A stretch of DNA of 64,000 bases from contig JAKCDC010000007.1 of assembly GCA_021838635.1 (NCBI GenBank), positions 35,968-99,967 of the forward strand, read 5' to 3'. The notes under the pieces are model-generated. The model was not told the DNA's origin. It made no database searches and worked only from the letters and a program-made list of their open reading frames with translations. This document shows positions 17,400 to 28,190 of this stretch, in pieces. Position 1 is the first letter of the stretch. Every line of letters begins with the position of its first letter. This stretch comes from Pseudomonadota bacterium (lineage in GTDB: Bacteria > Pseudomonadota > Gammaproteobacteria > Steroidobacterales > Steroidobacteraceae). The position numbers and the translations under genes are program-made.

Positions 17400-18590
17400 A
17401 TGAGCCGGCTGTGGGACAAGGGTGCGCCGCTCGATGAGCGCGTGCTGCGCTACACCGCCGGGGAGGACTACGCGCTCGATGAGCGTCTGGTGGCCTATGA
17501 CGTGCGCGCCTCGATTGCCCACGCCGAGATGCTCGCCGCGCAGGGACTGCTCGCGGCCGAGGATCTGAGCGCGATCCGCGCTGCGCTGACTGCGCTTGCC
17601 GAGGAGCATGCGCAAGGGCTGTGGCACATCGAGCTGGCCGATGAGGATGGTCAGACCGCGCTGGAGCGCCGTCTGACCGAACGCCTCGGGCCGGCCGGCG
17701 GCCGGGTGCACCTCGGGCGCTCGCGCAACGATCAGGTGCTGACCGCGCTCAGGCTCTATCTGCGCGACGCGGTGGAGCGGCTGCACGGCCTCGCCGTCGC
17801 GCTCGCCGAGGGCCTCGAGCGCCTCGGCGCGCGCGAGCCGGCGACCGCACTGCCCGGCTACACGCACATGCAGCAGGCCATGCCGAGCTCGGTGCCATTG
17901 TGGGCCGGCGGGTTCGCCGCCGAGATCCGCGATGACGCCGAGGCGCTGCGCCACGTGCACCGCCGTCTCGCCAAGAGTCCGCTCGGCTCGGCGGCCGGTT
18001 ACGGAACCCCCGGGTTGCCACTCGACCGGGACGCCACGCGGGCCGCGCTCGGCTTCGCACAGGTGCACGAGCCGGTCACGGCCGTGCAGCTCTCGCGCGG
18101 CAAGGCCGAGGCGGAGCTGCTCTTTCACCTCTGCCTGTTGATGCAGGACCTCGGGCGCCTGGCGGCCGACGTGCTGCTCTTTTACACGCAGGAGTTTGCC
18201 TTCGTCGAGCTGTCCGAGGCGTTTACCACCGGCTCCTCGATCATGCCGCAGAAGCGCAACCCGGACGTGTTCGAACTGATCCGCGGTCGCTCTGCCACCG
18301 CCCAGGCCTGCCTCACCGAGGCGCTCGCGATCTGCGCGAAGCTGCCCTCCGGTTACCAGCGCGACCTGCAGTTGTTGAAGTTTCCGCTCTTTCGCGGCAT
18401 CGACATCGCCGCGGAGACGCTCGGCATCCTGCCGGCGGCGCTTGAGACGATGCGGTTCCGGCCGGAGCGGATCCGGCTCGATCCGGCCATCCACGCTGCC
18501 GAGCAGGCCAACCGCCTGGTGGTGAGCGAAGGCATTCCGTTTCGCGAAGCGTACCGGCGGGTCGCGGCCGAACTGAAAGGCTCGCGCTAG
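17400..18590 (+). CDS. argH: Argininosuccinate lyase (short Xanthomonas/Bacteroides-type)
   Basis: Fumarate-lyase signature [12 protein letters not shown], an N-terminus of LWDKG..., and a start 2 nt after argB. Confidence 0.9.
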   Translation: MSRLWDKGAPLDERVLRYTAGEDYALDERLVAYDVRASIAHAEMLAAQGLLAAEDLSAIRAALTALAEEHAQGLWHIELADEDGQTALERRLTERLGPAGGRVHLGRSRNDQVLTALRLYLRDAVERLHGLAVALAEGLERLGAREPATALPGYTHMQQAMPSSVPLWAGGFAAEIRDDAEALRHVHRRLAKSPLGSAAGYGTPGLPLDRDATRAALGFAQVHEPVTAVQLSRGKAEAELLFHLCLLMQDLGRLAADVLLFYTQEFAFVELSEAFTTGSSIMPQKRNPDVFELIRGRSATAQACLTEALAICAKLPSGYQRDLQLLKFPLFRGIDIAAETLGILPAALETMRFRPERIRLDPAIHAAEQANRLVVSEGIPFREAYRRVAAELKGSR

Positions 18591-18648
18591 TCCGCGGCGC
18601 AGGGCGCTAGGCTCGCCGGCGCGTGGTATTGCGGGGAGAGGCAAAGCG

Positions 18649-20160
18649 ATGAACGCGGCACAAGACCCGAGCGGTCCGCGCGTCGGTCACTGGATCGGGG
18701 CGGGCGTTCGTGAGGACGGGGAGCGTTTCGCGCCGGTGTTCAATCCGGCCACCGGAGAGGTCCTTCGCCAGGTGCCGCTCGCCGATGCGCGGCTGGTTGA
18801 TGCGGCGGTACAGGCGGCCACAGCGGCGCAGCCCGCCTGGGCCGAGACCCCGCCGGTGCGCCGCGCCCGGGTCCTGAACCGCTTTCTCGCTCTGCTCAAT
18901 ACGCGCCGCGACGCGCTCGCGCAGCGAATCACCGAGGAGCACGGCAAGGTGCTCTCCGATGCTCGCGGCGAGGTGATGCGCGGCATCGAGGTGGTGGAGT
19001 TCGCCTGCGGTATCGCGCAGCTGCTGAAGGGCGAGTACACCGAGCAAGCCGCCACCGGCATCGACACCTGGACGCTGCGCCAGCCGCTCGGTGTGGTGGC
19101 CGGGATCACGCCGTTCAACTTCCCATGCATGGTGCCGTGTTGGATGTTTCCACTGGCGCTTGCGGCTGGCAACGCCTTCGTGCTCAAGCCGAGCGAGCGG
19201 GATCCGTCGGTGGCGTTGCGCATGGCCGAATGGCTCGCCGAGGCGGGTCTGCCCGCGGGGCTCCTCAATGTCGTTCAGGGGGACGGGCAGGCTGCGCAGG
19301 CGCTCATTGAACATCCGGCGGTCCAGGCCGTGAGCTTCGTCGGCTCCACGCCGGTGGCGCGCCAGGTGTACCAGCGCGGCGCGGCGCTCGGTAAGCGCAT
19401 CCAGGCGCTCGGGGGTGCGAAGAACCACCTGGTGGTGCTGCCCGATGCCGACCTCGAGCTCGCCGTCGAGGGGCTGATTGGGGCCGCATTCGGTTCCGCG
19501 GGCGAGCGGTGCATGGCGATCAGCGTCGCGGTCCTCGTCGGGGCGTCGGCCGATGCCGTCCTCGCGCGGCTCGCCGAGCGCACCCGCGCATTGCGGGTCG
19601 GCGCCGGAACGGACGAGGGGATCGACATGGGGCCGGTGATTACCCGCGGTGCGCTCGAGCGTATCCGCGGCGCCATCGATGCGGGCGTGCGCGAGGGTGC
19701 GCAGCTCGTGGTCGACGGCCGCATCGTGCGTGTGCCGGGCCATGAGCGCGGCTTTTTCATCGGCGGTACGCTCTTCGATCGCGTCGAGCCCCACATGAGC
19801 CTCTACCGAGAGGAGATCTTCGGGCCGGTGCTGTGCTGTGTGCGCGCTGCGGATCTCGAGGAAGCGATCGCCCTCATCAACGCGCACCCCTTTGCCAATG
19901 GGGTGGCCTGCTACACGCGCAGCGGCGCCGCGGCGCGCGAGTTCGCCCATCGCATCCAGGTCGGCATGGTCGGTATCAACGTGCCGATTCCGGTGCCCAT
20001 GGCCTGGCACGGCTTTGGCGGCTGGAAGAGCAGCCTGTTCGGCGACACGCATGTCTACGGCCCGGAAGGCGTGCGCTTCTACACCCGCCAGAAGTCGGTC
20101 ATGCAGCGCTGGCCGCGCGCCAGCGGCGGTGCCGAATTCGACCTGCCGTCCTCGAGCTGA
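18649..20160 (+). CDS. mmsA: Methylmalonate-semialdehyde dehydrogenase (CoA-acylating)
   Basis: ALDH family, 503 aa. [13 protein letters not shown], catalytic-Cys region GERCMA, and FANGVACYT are typical of MmsA. Confidence 0.85.
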   Translation: MNAAQDPSGPRVGHWIGAGVREDGERFAPVFNPATGEVLRQVPLADARLVDAAVQAATAAQPAWAETPPVRRARVLNRFLALLNTRRDALAQRITEEHGKVLSDARGEVMRGIEVVEFACGIAQLLKGEYTEQAATGIDTWTLRQPLGVVAGITPFNFPCMVPCWMFPLALAAGNAFVLKPSERDPSVALRMAEWLAEAGLPAGLLNVVQGDGQAAQALIEHPAVQAVSFVGSTPVARQVYQRGAALGKRIQALGGAKNHLVVLPDADLELAVEGLIGAAFGSAGERCMAISVAVLVGASADAVLARLAERTRALRVGAGTDEGIDMGPVITRGALERIRGAIDAGVREGAQLVVDGRIVRVPGHERGFFIGGTLFDRVEPHMSLYREEIFGPVLCCVRAADLEEAIALINAHPFANGVACYTRSGAAAREFAHRIQVGMVGINVPIPVPMAWHGFGGWKSSLFGDTHVYGPEGVRFYTRQKSVMQRWPRASGGAEFDLPSSS

Positions 20161-20226
20161 GCGGCCCAGCCGCCAGAGCGCTTGAGGCATAATGGCGCCG
20201 TGACCGCCCAGGTTCGATCCGACAGC

Positions 20227-21312
20227 ATGAGGCGCCACGCGCTCTCGGACGGCACGTTCCGTGGCGCCGGCGACTCCTTTTACCTGCCGAATTTCTGTGC
20301 CTCGCGGGCCGCGGTCGCCATCGTGGTGATCGTGGAGCTCACGGCCATCGTCCTGTCCATCGCCCGCAGCGACGCCGGTGAATTCTGGTCCGAGCTCGCG
20401 CGCAGCTCGCTGTTCCTGCTCTGGGTCGGACTCGTGTGCGCCGGGCTGCTGTGTGCGCTGCGGCCCGTTCTGGCGCGTCTCGGCGCCGTCCGCGGCTCCT
20501 GCGCCGTGCTGGTGCTGCTCACGGCAGTGGTCGCCGGGATCTCCCTCGGGGTCGGGGTGCTCGGGCACAGCCGACTTCTGGCGGGCGCCGCGGAGCTCTT
20601 TCCGCGTCGCACCGCCCCGTTCGTACTGCGCAACACGGCGATCGGTTTCGTGATCGCCGCCGTTGCGCTGCGTTATTTTTATGTCACGGATCAGTGGCGG
20701 CGCAACATCGAGATGCGCGCTGCGGCGCGCGTACACGCCTTGCAGGCCCGCATCCGGCCGCATTTTCTCTTCAACAGCATGAATACCATCGCGGCACTGA
20801 CGCGCTCGAGTCCGCCGCAGGCCGAGCAGGCGGTGCAGGATCTGGCGGATCTGTTTCGCGCTTCGCTCGCCGATCCGCGCCAGACCATTACGCTTGCCGA
20901 CGAGTTGGAAATCACGCGCACCTACCAACGCATCGAGCAATTGCGTCTCGGCACGCGGCTGGAGGTGATCTGGGAGATCGAGGCGCTGCCCGGGGATGCG
21001 CGCGTGCCCGGCCTGCTGTTGCAGCCGCTGCTGGAGAATGCGATCTACCACGGGATCGAGCCGCGCACCGCCGGTGGCGCGGTGCACATCCGCGGGGAGC
21101 GCTCCGGGGAGCTGATCTCGGTCGTGGTGCGCAATCCGCTCGGTGCGCCTGCCGGAGCGCGCCCGGGCAACCATCTGGCGCTCGAGAATATCCGCGAGCG
21201 GCTGCTGCTGCTGTACGGCGCGCGCGCCCTGGTGAAGGCCGGCGCATTCGGCGAGGAATACATCGTGACGCTGCGTTTTCCCTACGTCGCCGCGGCCGCG
21301 GCGACAGCCTGA
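20227..21312 (+). CDS. LytS/AlgZ(FimS)-type sensor histidine kinase
   Basis: N-terminal DSFYLPNFCASRA plus 4 TM segments, the His-kinase PF06580-type box RPHFLFNSMNTIAAL, and a C-terminal HATPase (NAIYHG). ATG 20227 is preferred over TTG 20182. Confidence 0.8.
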   Translation: MRRHALSDGTFRGAGDSFYLPNFCASRAAVAIVVIVELTAIVLSIARSDAGEFWSELARSSLFLLWVGLVCAGLLCALRPVLARLGAVRGSCAVLVLLTAVVAGISLGVGVLGHSRLLAGAAELFPRRTAPFVLRNTAIGFVIAAVALRYFYVTDQWRRNIEMRAAARVHALQARIRPHFLFNSMNTIAALTRSSPPQAEQAVQDLADLFRASLADPRQTITLADELEITRTYQRIEQLRLGTRLEVIWEIEALPGDARVPGLLLQPLLENAIYHGIEPRTAGGAVHIRGERSGELISVVVRNPLGAPAGARPGNHLALENIRERLLLLYGARALVKAGAFGEEYIVTLRFPYVAAAAATA

Positions 21313-21324
21313 GGCGCCGGGGCC

Positions 21325-22056
21325 GTGCTGCGCGTGCTGATCGTCGATGATGAACCGCCGGCGCGCGCGCGCCTCGGGCAGCTGCTGGCGGAGATCGGCG
21401 AGGTAGAGTTGATCGGCGAGGCGGCGAGCGGGACCGAGGCGCTTGAACAGGCCGTGCGACTGGCCCCGGATGTCGTGCTGCTCGATGTGCGCATGCCCGG
21501 CATGGACGGCATCGAAACCGCACGACACCTGAGCCAACTCGGTGATCCGCCGGCGGTCATTTTCACCACGGCGTACGATCAGTATGCCCTGAACGCCTTT
21601 GAGACCCGCGCCGCAGGCTATCTGCTCAAACCGGTGCGCAAGGACAAACTCGCCGCAGCGCTGGAGCAGGCGGGTCGCCTGACGCGTGCGCAGCTGCAGC
21701 GTCTGGCGGTGGCGGCCGGTTCAGCCGGCCGCACCCACATCGCGGTGCGCCGACGCGAGCAGCTGCGGCTGATTCCGCTCGATCAGATCCTGTTCTTCCA
21801 GGCCGATCAAAAGTACACCACCGTGCGCCACGCCGACGGTGAGGACCTGATCGAGGAGTCGCTGCGCACCCTGGAGGAGGAGCTCGGGGCGCGTTTCGTG
21901 CGTATCCACCGCAATACGCTCATCAACGCCGCACACCTTGAGGGCATCGAGCGCACCGCTGACGGCCGCTACAGCGTGCGCCTGCGCGGCCTCGTTGCGG
22001 TCTTGCCGGTGAGCCGTCGCCTGGCCGGTGAGCTGCTCGATCGCTTCCGGATCTGA
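21325..22056 (+). CDS. LytTR-family response regulator (AlgR-like)
   Basis: Receiver domain (LIVDDEPPAR...DVVLLDVRMPGMDG) plus a LytTR DNA-binding domain (FFQADQKYTTV...RIHRNTLIN). Confidence 0.85.
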   Translation: MLRVLIVDDEPPARARLGQLLAEIGEVELIGEAASGTEALEQAVRLAPDVVLLDVRMPGMDGIETARHLSQLGDPPAVIFTTAYDQYALNAFETRAAGYLLKPVRKDKLAAALEQAGRLTRAQLQRLAVAAGSAGRTHIAVRRREQLRLIPLDQILFFQADQKYTTVRHADGEDLIEESLRTLEEELGARFVRIHRNTLINAAHLEGIERTADGRYSVRLRGLVAVLPVSRRLAGELLDRFRI

Positions 22057-22089
22057 CCGCCGCCCGCGCAGTTGGGGTATCCTCGCGCT

Positions 22090-22920
22090 ATGCGCATCGC
22101 ATTCACCAAGATGCACGCGCTCGGCAACGATTTTGCGGTGTTCGATGCGCCCGGCGGTCAGGCGCCGCTGGCGTCCGGGCAACTGCGGAGCCTCGCCGAC
22201 CGCCATACCGGCATCGGCTTCGACCAGGCGCTCGTGCTCGAGCCGCCGCGCCGTGCTGCGACCGACGTGTTCTACCGCATCTTCAATGCCGATGGTCGGG
22301 AGGTCGAGCAATGCGGTAACGGCGCCCGCTGCATCGCGGCGCTGCTCGCGGCGCGCGGCGCGGCGCGCTCCGGGGCGCTGATGCTCGACAGTCCCGCGGG
22401 GCGTATCGAGGCGCAGGTGCGCCCCGATGGACAGGTCTCGGTGAACATGGGGCCGGTGCGGTTCGACCCAGCGGCGCTGCCGTTCGAGGCCCCGAGCGAG
22501 GCTGATCATTACCCACTCGAGGTGGAGGGCGAAACGGTGCAGATCGGCGCGGTGTCGATCGGCAACCCGCACGCTGTGCTGACGGTGGAATCGGCCGAGA
22601 GTGCCCCGGTGGCCCGCCTCGGGCCGGCGATCGAGCATCACCACCGCTTCCCCAATCGGGTCAACGTCGGATTCATGGAAGTCCGCGATCGCGCGCACGT
22701 GCGCTTGCGGGTCTACGAGCGCGGCGTCGGTGAGACGCTCGCGTGCGGCACGGGCGCTTGCGCAGCGGTTGCTGTCGGGCGCCGCTGGGGTCTGCTCGAT
22801 CCTGAGGTGCGCATCAGCGCGCGCGGCGGCGAACTCGGGGTGCGCTGGGGTGGCCCGGGAGAGCCGATCTGGCTGACCGGTCCGGCGCAGTTTGCCTTCC
22901 AGGGCCACATCGATTTGTAG
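22090..22920 (+). CDS. dapF: Diaminopimelate epimerase
   Basis: MRIAFTKMHALGNDF, with catalytic Cys motifs NADGREVEQCGNGARC and ETLACGTGA. Confidence 0.9.
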   Translation: MRIAFTKMHALGNDFAVFDAPGGQAPLASGQLRSLADRHTGIGFDQALVLEPPRRAATDVFYRIFNADGREVEQCGNGARCIAALLAARGAARSGALMLDSPAGRIEAQVRPDGQVSVNMGPVRFDPAALPFEAPSEADHYPLEVEGETVQIGAVSIGNPHAVLTVESAESAPVARLGPAIEHHHRFPNRVNVGFMEVRDRAHVRLRVYERGVGETLACGTGACAAVAVGRRWGLLDPEVRISARGGELGVRWGGPGEPIWLTGPAQFAFQGHIDL

Positions 22921-22933
22921 GAGCTCCCATATC

Positions 22934-23644
22934 ATGACGACACGTGAAGCGCGCGGCATTGCCGCCGGTGAGAGGGACGAGGAGTCCATCGCCGCATACC
23001 TGCAGCATAACCCGGATTTCTTCGAACGGCACCAGGCGGTGTTGTTGCGCCTGCGGTTACCGCACGCGCGCGGCACTTCCACGATCTCGCTGGTCGAGCG
23101 GCAGATCGAGGTGATGCGCGAGAAACACTCGGCCATAGAGAGCAAGCTCGCTGAGCTGGTAGCGGTGGCCCGTGGCAACGACGCGATCGCCGAGAAGCTG
23201 CATCGCTTCACCCGCCGCCTCCTGCAGGCGCAGACCCGTGCCGATGCGGTGGGTCTGATGGAGGCGAGCCTGCGGGAGGATTTCGACGCATTCCACAGCG
23301 TGCTGCTGCTGGTCGGCGAGTACCCGGATCTAGTACCGCAGCGCTTCGTGCGCGCCGTCGCGCGCGACAATCCCGGCCTGAAGTCCTTCGAGTCACTCTT
23401 CGATGCCGGCAAGCCGCGTTGCGGACAGGCACGTGACTCGCAGCGCGAGCTGCTGTTTGGCCCCGACTCGGCGCAGATCGGATCGATCGCGCTGGTGCCG
23501 CTGACTGAGAAGGGGGCGCCGCTTGGGGTGCTCGCCCTCGGCAGTCCGGACCGCGACCGGTTTCACCCGGGCATGAGCACGGAGTTCCTCGGTCGCATGG
23601 CCGATCTGATCGGCGATGCGCTGACGATGCGCCGCGGCGCCTGA
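22934..23644 (+). CDS. DUF484 (YigA) family protein
   Basis: YLQHNPDFFERH N-terminus, GAF-like C-terminal part, and the conserved dapF-yigA-xerC position. Confidence 0.75.
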   Translation: MTTREARGIAAGERDEESIAAYLQHNPDFFERHQAVLLRLRLPHARGTSTISLVERQIEVMREKHSAIESKLAELVAVARGNDAIAEKLHRFTRRLLQAQTRADAVGLMEASLREDFDAFHSVLLLVGEYPDLVPQRFVRAVARDNPGLKSFESLFDAGKPRCGQARDSQRELLFGPDSAQIGSIALVPLTEKGAPLGVLALGSPDRDRFHPGMSTEFLGRMADLIGDALTMRRGA

Positions 23645-23661
23645 GGCGCCGCGGGGCGCCC

Positions 23662-24615
23662 ATGACGCCGGCTGCGCGGCTCTGGCTGGAGCGTTTCGAG
23701 CGCTACCTCGCAACCGAGCGGCGCTGCTCGCCGCACACGGTGAGCAATTACCGGCGCGACCTGCAGGCGCTCAGCGCTTACTGCGGGCGCAATGCACTCG
23801 CGGACTGGGGAAGTCTCGACGGTGCACAGGTGCGCACCTTCGCCGCGCGGCTGCACGCCGGCGGTCTGGCGCCCCGCAGCATCCAGCGACATCTTTCGGC
23901 GGTGCGCAGCTTCTACGACTACTTGCTGCGCGAGGCACAGGTGCAGCGCGAGCGCAGCACCGTGCCGCCCACCGAGGAAGACTTGCGCGCACTGCGCGCC
24001 AATCCTGCCCAGGGCGTGCGTGCTCCGAAGGCGGCCCGCAGGTTGCCGGTGACACTTGATGCGGACCAGATGGCGCGGCTGCTCGCCATCACCGAGGCGA
24101 CACCGCTCGCGATCCGCGACCGAGCCATCATGGAACTGTTGTACTCCTCGGGGCTACGCCTCGCGGAACTCACGGCGCTCGATCTGGTGCACCTCGATCT
24201 GCCGGACCGCACCGTGCGCGTGCTCGGCAAGGGTCGCAAGGAGCGCGCCGTGCCGCTCGGACGAGTCGCCGCCGAGGCGCTTGAGCGCTGGCTGAAGCAG
24301 CGCGCGGCCTGGGCCGCCCACGCTGAGCCGGCGCTGTTCGTCGGGCGTGGCGGGCAGCGGCTGGGCCGACGCGAGATCCAAAAGCGAGTGGCGCACTGGG
24401 CGCGTCGCCAGGGGCTGGCGCAGCATGTTCATCCGCACCTGTTTCGTCACTCCTTCGCCTCGCACCTGCTCGAATCCGGCGCCGAGCTGCGCGGCGTGCA
24501 GGAACTGCTTGGACATGCCGATATTGCCACTACGCAGATCTATACCCATCTTGATTTCCAGCATCTCGCCCGCATTTACGATGCAGCGCATCCGCGGGCG
24601 CGGCGCAAGTCCTGA
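23662..24615 (+). CDS. xerC: Site-specific tyrosine recombinase XerC
   Basis: The N-terminal SAM-like domain reads FERYLATERRCSPHTVSNYRRDL. The catalytic residues are present in ELLYSSGLRLAEL, HLFRHSFASHLL and LLGHADIATTQIYTH. Confidence 0.85.
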   Translation: MTPAARLWLERFERYLATERRCSPHTVSNYRRDLQALSAYCGRNALADWGSLDGAQVRTFAARLHAGGLAPRSIQRHLSAVRSFYDYLLREAQVQRERSTVPPTEEDLRALRANPAQGVRAPKAARRLPVTLDADQMARLLAITEATPLAIRDRAIMELLYSSGLRLAELTALDLVHLDLPDRTVRVLGKGRKERAVPLGRVAAEALERWLKQRAAWAAHAEPALFVGRGGQRLGRREIQKRVAHWARRQGLAQHVHPHLFRHSFASHLLESGAELRGVQELLGHADIATTQIYTHLDFQHLARIYDAAHPRARRKS

Positions 24616-24666
24616 CCGGTCAGCCGGCAGCCGACTCCTCCTCATCCCGGCTAATTCGACCGAGCC

Positions 24667-25227
24667 ATGACTGATTCCACGACATTCGATCCCCACGGCA
24701 CGACTATCCTCGGCGTGCGGCGCAACGGCGTCGTCGCTCTCGGCGGGGACGGCCAAGTGACCCTCGGCAACACCGTCATGAAGGGCAATGCCCGCAAGGT
24801 GCGCCGTCTGTACAACGACAAGGTGATTGCCGGGTTCGCCGGCGGCACCGCCGATGCGTTTACGCTGTTCGAGCGCTTCGAGGGCAAGCTTGAGAAGTAC
24901 GGCAACCTCACCCGCGCGGCCATCGAGCTGGCGAAGGACTGGCGCGCCGATCGCTACCTGCGCCGTCTCGAGGCGCTGCTGCTGGTCGGCGACCCGGGCA
25001 AACTGCTGATCATCTCCGGCAACGGCGATGTCATCGAGCCGGACCATGATGCGGCTGCGATCGGTTCCGGCGGTCCGTTTGCGTTCTCGGCTGCGCGTGC
25101 ACTGCTGGAGTCCTCCGAGCTTGGCGCACGTGACATCGTCGAGCGCTCCCTAGGCATCGCCGCCGATATCTGTATCTACACCAACCGCAATCTGACCATC
25201 GAGGAACTGAGGCAGGAGGCCGCCTGA
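24667..25227 (+). CDS. hslV: ATP-dependent protease subunit HslV
   Basis: [10 protein letters not shown] (N-terminal Thr after processing) and the GGTADAF motif. Confidence 0.95.
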   Translation: MTDSTTFDPHGTTILGVRRNGVVALGGDGQVTLGNTVMKGNARKVRRLYNDKVIAGFAGGTADAFTLFERFEGKLEKYGNLTRAAIELAKDWRADRYLRRLEALLLVGDPGKLLIISGNGDVIEPDHDAAAIGSGGPFAFSAARALLESSELGARDIVERSLGIAADICIYTNRNLTIEELRQEAA

Positions 25228-25252
25228 GGCGCGCCCGGAGAGCCCCATCGCC

Positions 25253-26590
25253 ATGTCATCGCTTACTCCCCGCGAAATCGTGCAGGAGCTCGACAAGCAC
25301 ATCGTCGGGCAGGACGCCGCCAAACGCGCTGTTGCCATCGCCCTGCGCAACCGCTGGCGGCGCATGCAGGTCGGCGAACCGCTCCGTCAGGAGATCACGC
25401 CGAAGAACATTCTCATGATCGGCCCGACCGGCGTTGGCAAGACCGAGATCGCCCGCCGGTTGGCGCGTCTCGCGAACGCGCCGTTCGTGAAGGTCGAGGC
25501 CACCAAGTTCACTGAAGTCGGTTACGTGGGCCGTGACGTCGAGTCTATCGTGAAGGAACTCGCCGACGTCGCTGTCAAGATGACACGCGAGCAGGAGATG
25601 GACAAAGTACGTCAGCGTGCGGCGGAGGCAGCCGAGGAGCGCGTGCTCGATGCGCTTCTGCCGAAGCCGCGCATGCTCGGGTTCTCCACGGATGAGCCCG
25701 CACAGCCGCGCGATGCGGAGACGCGCGAGAAGTTTCGCCGCATGCTGCGTGCCGGGGAACTCGCTGAGCGCGAGATCGAGATCGAACTGCGTGCAGCCCC
25801 AATGGGCGTGGAAATCATGGCACCGCCCGGGATGGAAGAGATGCAGCAACAGCTGCAATCGATGTTCCAGAACCTCGGGGGCAGCCGCACTCGCAACCGC
25901 AAGGTCAAAGTGAGTGAGGCGCTGAAGCTGCTGCTGGAGGAAGAGGCCGGTAAGCTCATCAATGAGGAGGAACTGAAGATCCAGGCGCTCGCCAATGCCG
26001 AGCAGAACGGGATCGTGTTCATCGACGAGATCGACAAGGTCACGCGCCGTCAGGAGACGATGGGCGCGGACGTCTCGCGCGAGGGTGTACAGCGCGACCT
26101 GTTGCCGCTCGTGGAAGGTTCGACCGTGACCACCAAGTACGGTCCGATGAAGACCGACCACGTGCTGTTCATCGCCTCGGGTGCCTTCAGTCTCTCCAAG
26201 CCTTCGGATTTGATCCCGGAGCTGCAGGGCCGGTTGCCGATCCGCGTGGAGCTCGATTCGCTCAAGGTGGGTGACTTCGTGCGCATCCTCACCGAGCCGG
26301 ATGCCTCGCTCACGGCGCAGTACGCCGCATTGATGAACACCGAGGGCGTGGTGGTGAAATTCACCGCCGAGGGCGTGCAGCGAATCGCCGAGATTGCCTT
26401 CCAAGTCAACGAGCGCACCGAGAACATCGGTGCACGGCGTCTGCACACGGTGATGGAGCGGCTATTGGAGTCAGTGTCGTTCGACGCTTCCGAGCAGTCC
26501 GGCGCCGAGCTGCTCATCGACGCGAAGTACGTCGATGAGCAGCTCGGCACTCTGGCTAAGGACGAGGACCTCAGTCGCTACATCCTCTGA
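25253..26590 (+). CDS. hslU: ATP-dependent protease ATPase subunit HslU
   Basis: [16 protein letters not shown], Walker [16 protein letters not shown], and Walker B FIDEIDK. Confidence 0.95.
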   Translation: MSSLTPREIVQELDKHIVGQDAAKRAVAIALRNRWRRMQVGEPLRQEITPKNILMIGPTGVGKTEIARRLARLANAPFVKVEATKFTEVGYVGRDVESIVKELADVAVKMTREQEMDKVRQRAAEAAEERVLDALLPKPRMLGFSTDEPAQPRDAETREKFRRMLRAGELAEREIEIELRAAPMGVEIMAPPGMEEMQQQLQSMFQNLGGSRTRNRKVKVSEALKLLLEEEAGKLINEEELKIQALANAEQNGIVFIDEIDKVTRRQETMGADVSREGVQRDLLPLVEGSTVTTKYGPMKTDHVLFIASGAFSLSKPSDLIPELQGRLPIRVELDSLKVGDFVRILTEPDASLTAQYAALMNTEGVVVKFTAEGVQRIAEIAFQVNERTENIGARRLHTVMERLLESVSFDASEQSGAELLIDAKYVDEQLGTLAKDEDLSRYIL

Positions 26591-26625
26591 GGTCCTCCGC
26601 GCCGCGCGCTGTCCCGCACGCCGAG

Positions 26626-27345
26626 TCAGCCGGCGTGCGGGTGTTCGTGATCCCAGCGGGTGAGGAAGTTGATCAGATCGATTAGCTGCTGGTTGCCGCC
26701 GGCCTTGCCCGGATCGGTGCGATAGCGTCCGTCGACGATGATCGTCGGGGTATGCGTCACCTCATAGAGCTTGCCGAGTTCGCGCGCCCGGTCCATCTCG
26801 ACGTGCACGTCGAAGGAATTGAACGCAGAGCCGTACGCGCCGGCGGACACGCCGTGGCGCTCGACGAAGGCCAGCTGCAGCGCAAAAGTCTTGCTGCGAC
26901 TGCTGCCCATCATGACGTTCTCGTCGCCTCCAGCTGCGTTTTCCAGCTGGTGCAGGGTGTTGAACGCCGTGTTGACCAGATCGCTTCTGCCGACGGCCTC
27001 CAATGAATAATAGAGTCGGGCGTCCGCGACCTGGATCGGTCCCCACATCACCGGCGTACGCACAAACTGCACGTAGCTCGGCAGGTGCTTGCGCCAGGCG
27101 GTGATGTAGGGCTCGAGCGCGTGGCAATACGGGCAGGCGAGATAGAAGAACTCCATCACCTGCACCTTGCCGGCCGGCGCGTTGGTCGGCTGTGCCGGAG
27201 AGAGCACCTTGAAGTTTACGCCCGGTTTCCAGCGGGCGCTGGAGGGGACATCGCCGGCGCGTGCCGCCGGCGCCATGCCGGCGCACAGCGCGAACACAAG
27301 CGCCAGGGAGGCGAGCCGCAGCCCGCGGAACTGGAGGCTATTCAT
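26626..27345 (-). CDS. dsbA: Thiol:disulfide interchange protein DsbA family (paralog 1)
   Basis: Signal peptide, CPYC active site (FFYLACPYCHALEP), and cis-Pro region THTPTIIVDG. Confidence 0.85.
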   Translation of the reverse strand: MNSLQFRGLRLASLALVFALCAGMAPAARAGDVPSSARWKPGVNFKVLSPAQPTNAPAGKVQVMEFFYLACPYCHALEPYITAWRKHLPSYVQFVRTPVMWGPIQVADARLYYSLEAVGRSDLVNTAFNTLHQLENAAGGDENVMMGSSRSKTFALQLAFVERHGVSAGAYGSAFNSFDVHVEMDRARELGKLYEVTHTPTIIVDGRYRTDPGKAGGNQQLIDLINFLTRWDHEHPHAG

Positions 27346-27349
27346 GGAC

Positions 27350-28171
27350 TCAGCCCGCGCTCTGGTGGTCGTGATCCCACTGGGCGAGGAAGTTGATCAA
27401 TTTGATCAACTTGTGCTCCCCGCCGGCTTTGACCACGTTGGTCTTGTAGCGGCCGTCGACAATAATAGTCGGGACGCTGTCGACCTCATAGATCTGGTTG
27501 ATTTCCTCGGCCTGCTGCAGCCGGGTGCTGACGTCGAATGAATTGTAGGCGCCGGCGAAAGCGCTCGGCGATACTCCGTTCTTCGCAGCAAACGCCTCTT
27601 GCATGCGCAGCGTGTTGCCTCTGCTGCTGCCGACCATGATCGATTCACTGTTGGTCTGTGTCTCCAGCTTGTGAATGTACTGGAAAGCTTTGTCCACCAG
27701 GTCGCGCCGGCCGAGCGCTTCGAACGTGTAGTACAGACGCGCATGCGCTCGTTGCACCGGTCCCCACATGACCGGTACGCGCACGAACTGCACGTACGAC
27801 GGTTTGCTCTTGCGCCAGGCGTCGATGAACGGCTCGAGCGCGTAGCAGTGCGGGCAGGCGAGCCAAAAGACCTCCATCACCTGTACTTTGCCCGGCGGGG
27901 CGTTGGTCGGCTGCGCCGGGGAGATCACGCTGTAATTGACCCCGGGCCGCCACTCGCTGCTGGTCGGCAGCGCGAGCGGAGTGTTTGCCGCCGCCGCGGC
28001 ACTCGAGGCGCTCGCGCCTGAAGCCGATGATCCGCCGCCGGCGCTCGTCGCCATGCTGGCGGCTGGGGCGTTGCTGCTGGTGTGCGTCGCCGGCGCTTGG
28101 TGCGAACTGCAGGCGCACAGTGCGAGGGCGAGCGCGGTGGACAATGCGAGCTGGCGGATCATGGGATGCAT
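27350..28171 (-). CDS. DsbA-family protein (paralog 2) with a Ser/Ala-rich N-terminal linker, possibly a lipoprotein
   Basis: CPHC active site (FWLACPHCYALEP). By eye about 60% identical to paralog 1. N-terminus ...LALALCACSS is followed by an approximately 40-aa S/A/G low-complexity tract. AAGGAG RBS upstream. Confidence 0.8.
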   Translation of the reverse strand: MHPMIRQLALSTALALALCACSSHQAPATHTSSNAPAASMATSAGGGSSASGASASSAAAAANTPLALPTSSEWRPGVNYSVISPAQPTNAPPGKVQVMEVFWLACPHCYALEPFIDAWRKSKPSYVQFVRVPVMWGPVQRAHARLYYTFEALGRRDLVDKAFQYIHKLETQTNSESIMVGSSRGNTLRMQEAFAAKNGVSPSAFAGAYNSFDVSTRLQQAEEINQIYEVDSVPTIIVDGRYKTNVVKAGGEHKLIKLINFLAQWDHDHQSAG

Positions 28172-28190
28172 TTCTCCTTGGGGGTTCCGT

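Noticed and set aside
18607-21537. 976-aa ORF on the minus strand spanning mmsA, the histidine kinase and part of the response regulator.
   Set aside because: It is antisense to three genes with clear family motifs. Its translation is Arg/Ala/Gly/Pro-rich low-complexity sequence typical of stop-codon-poor frames in approximately 70% GC DNA, and it has no recognisable motif.
23662-24615. Tyrosine recombinase as a possible integrase or marker of a mobile element. The tRNA-Arg at 41544-41620 was also considered as a possible island attachment site.
   Set aside because: The recombinase sits in the conserved dapF-DUF484-xerC-hslVU housekeeping context and has XerC-type motifs. The tRNA is flanked by core-like genes (cytochrome c5 and a signalling protein). 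No integrase, direct repeat of the tRNA 3' end or phage/ICE genes are visible.
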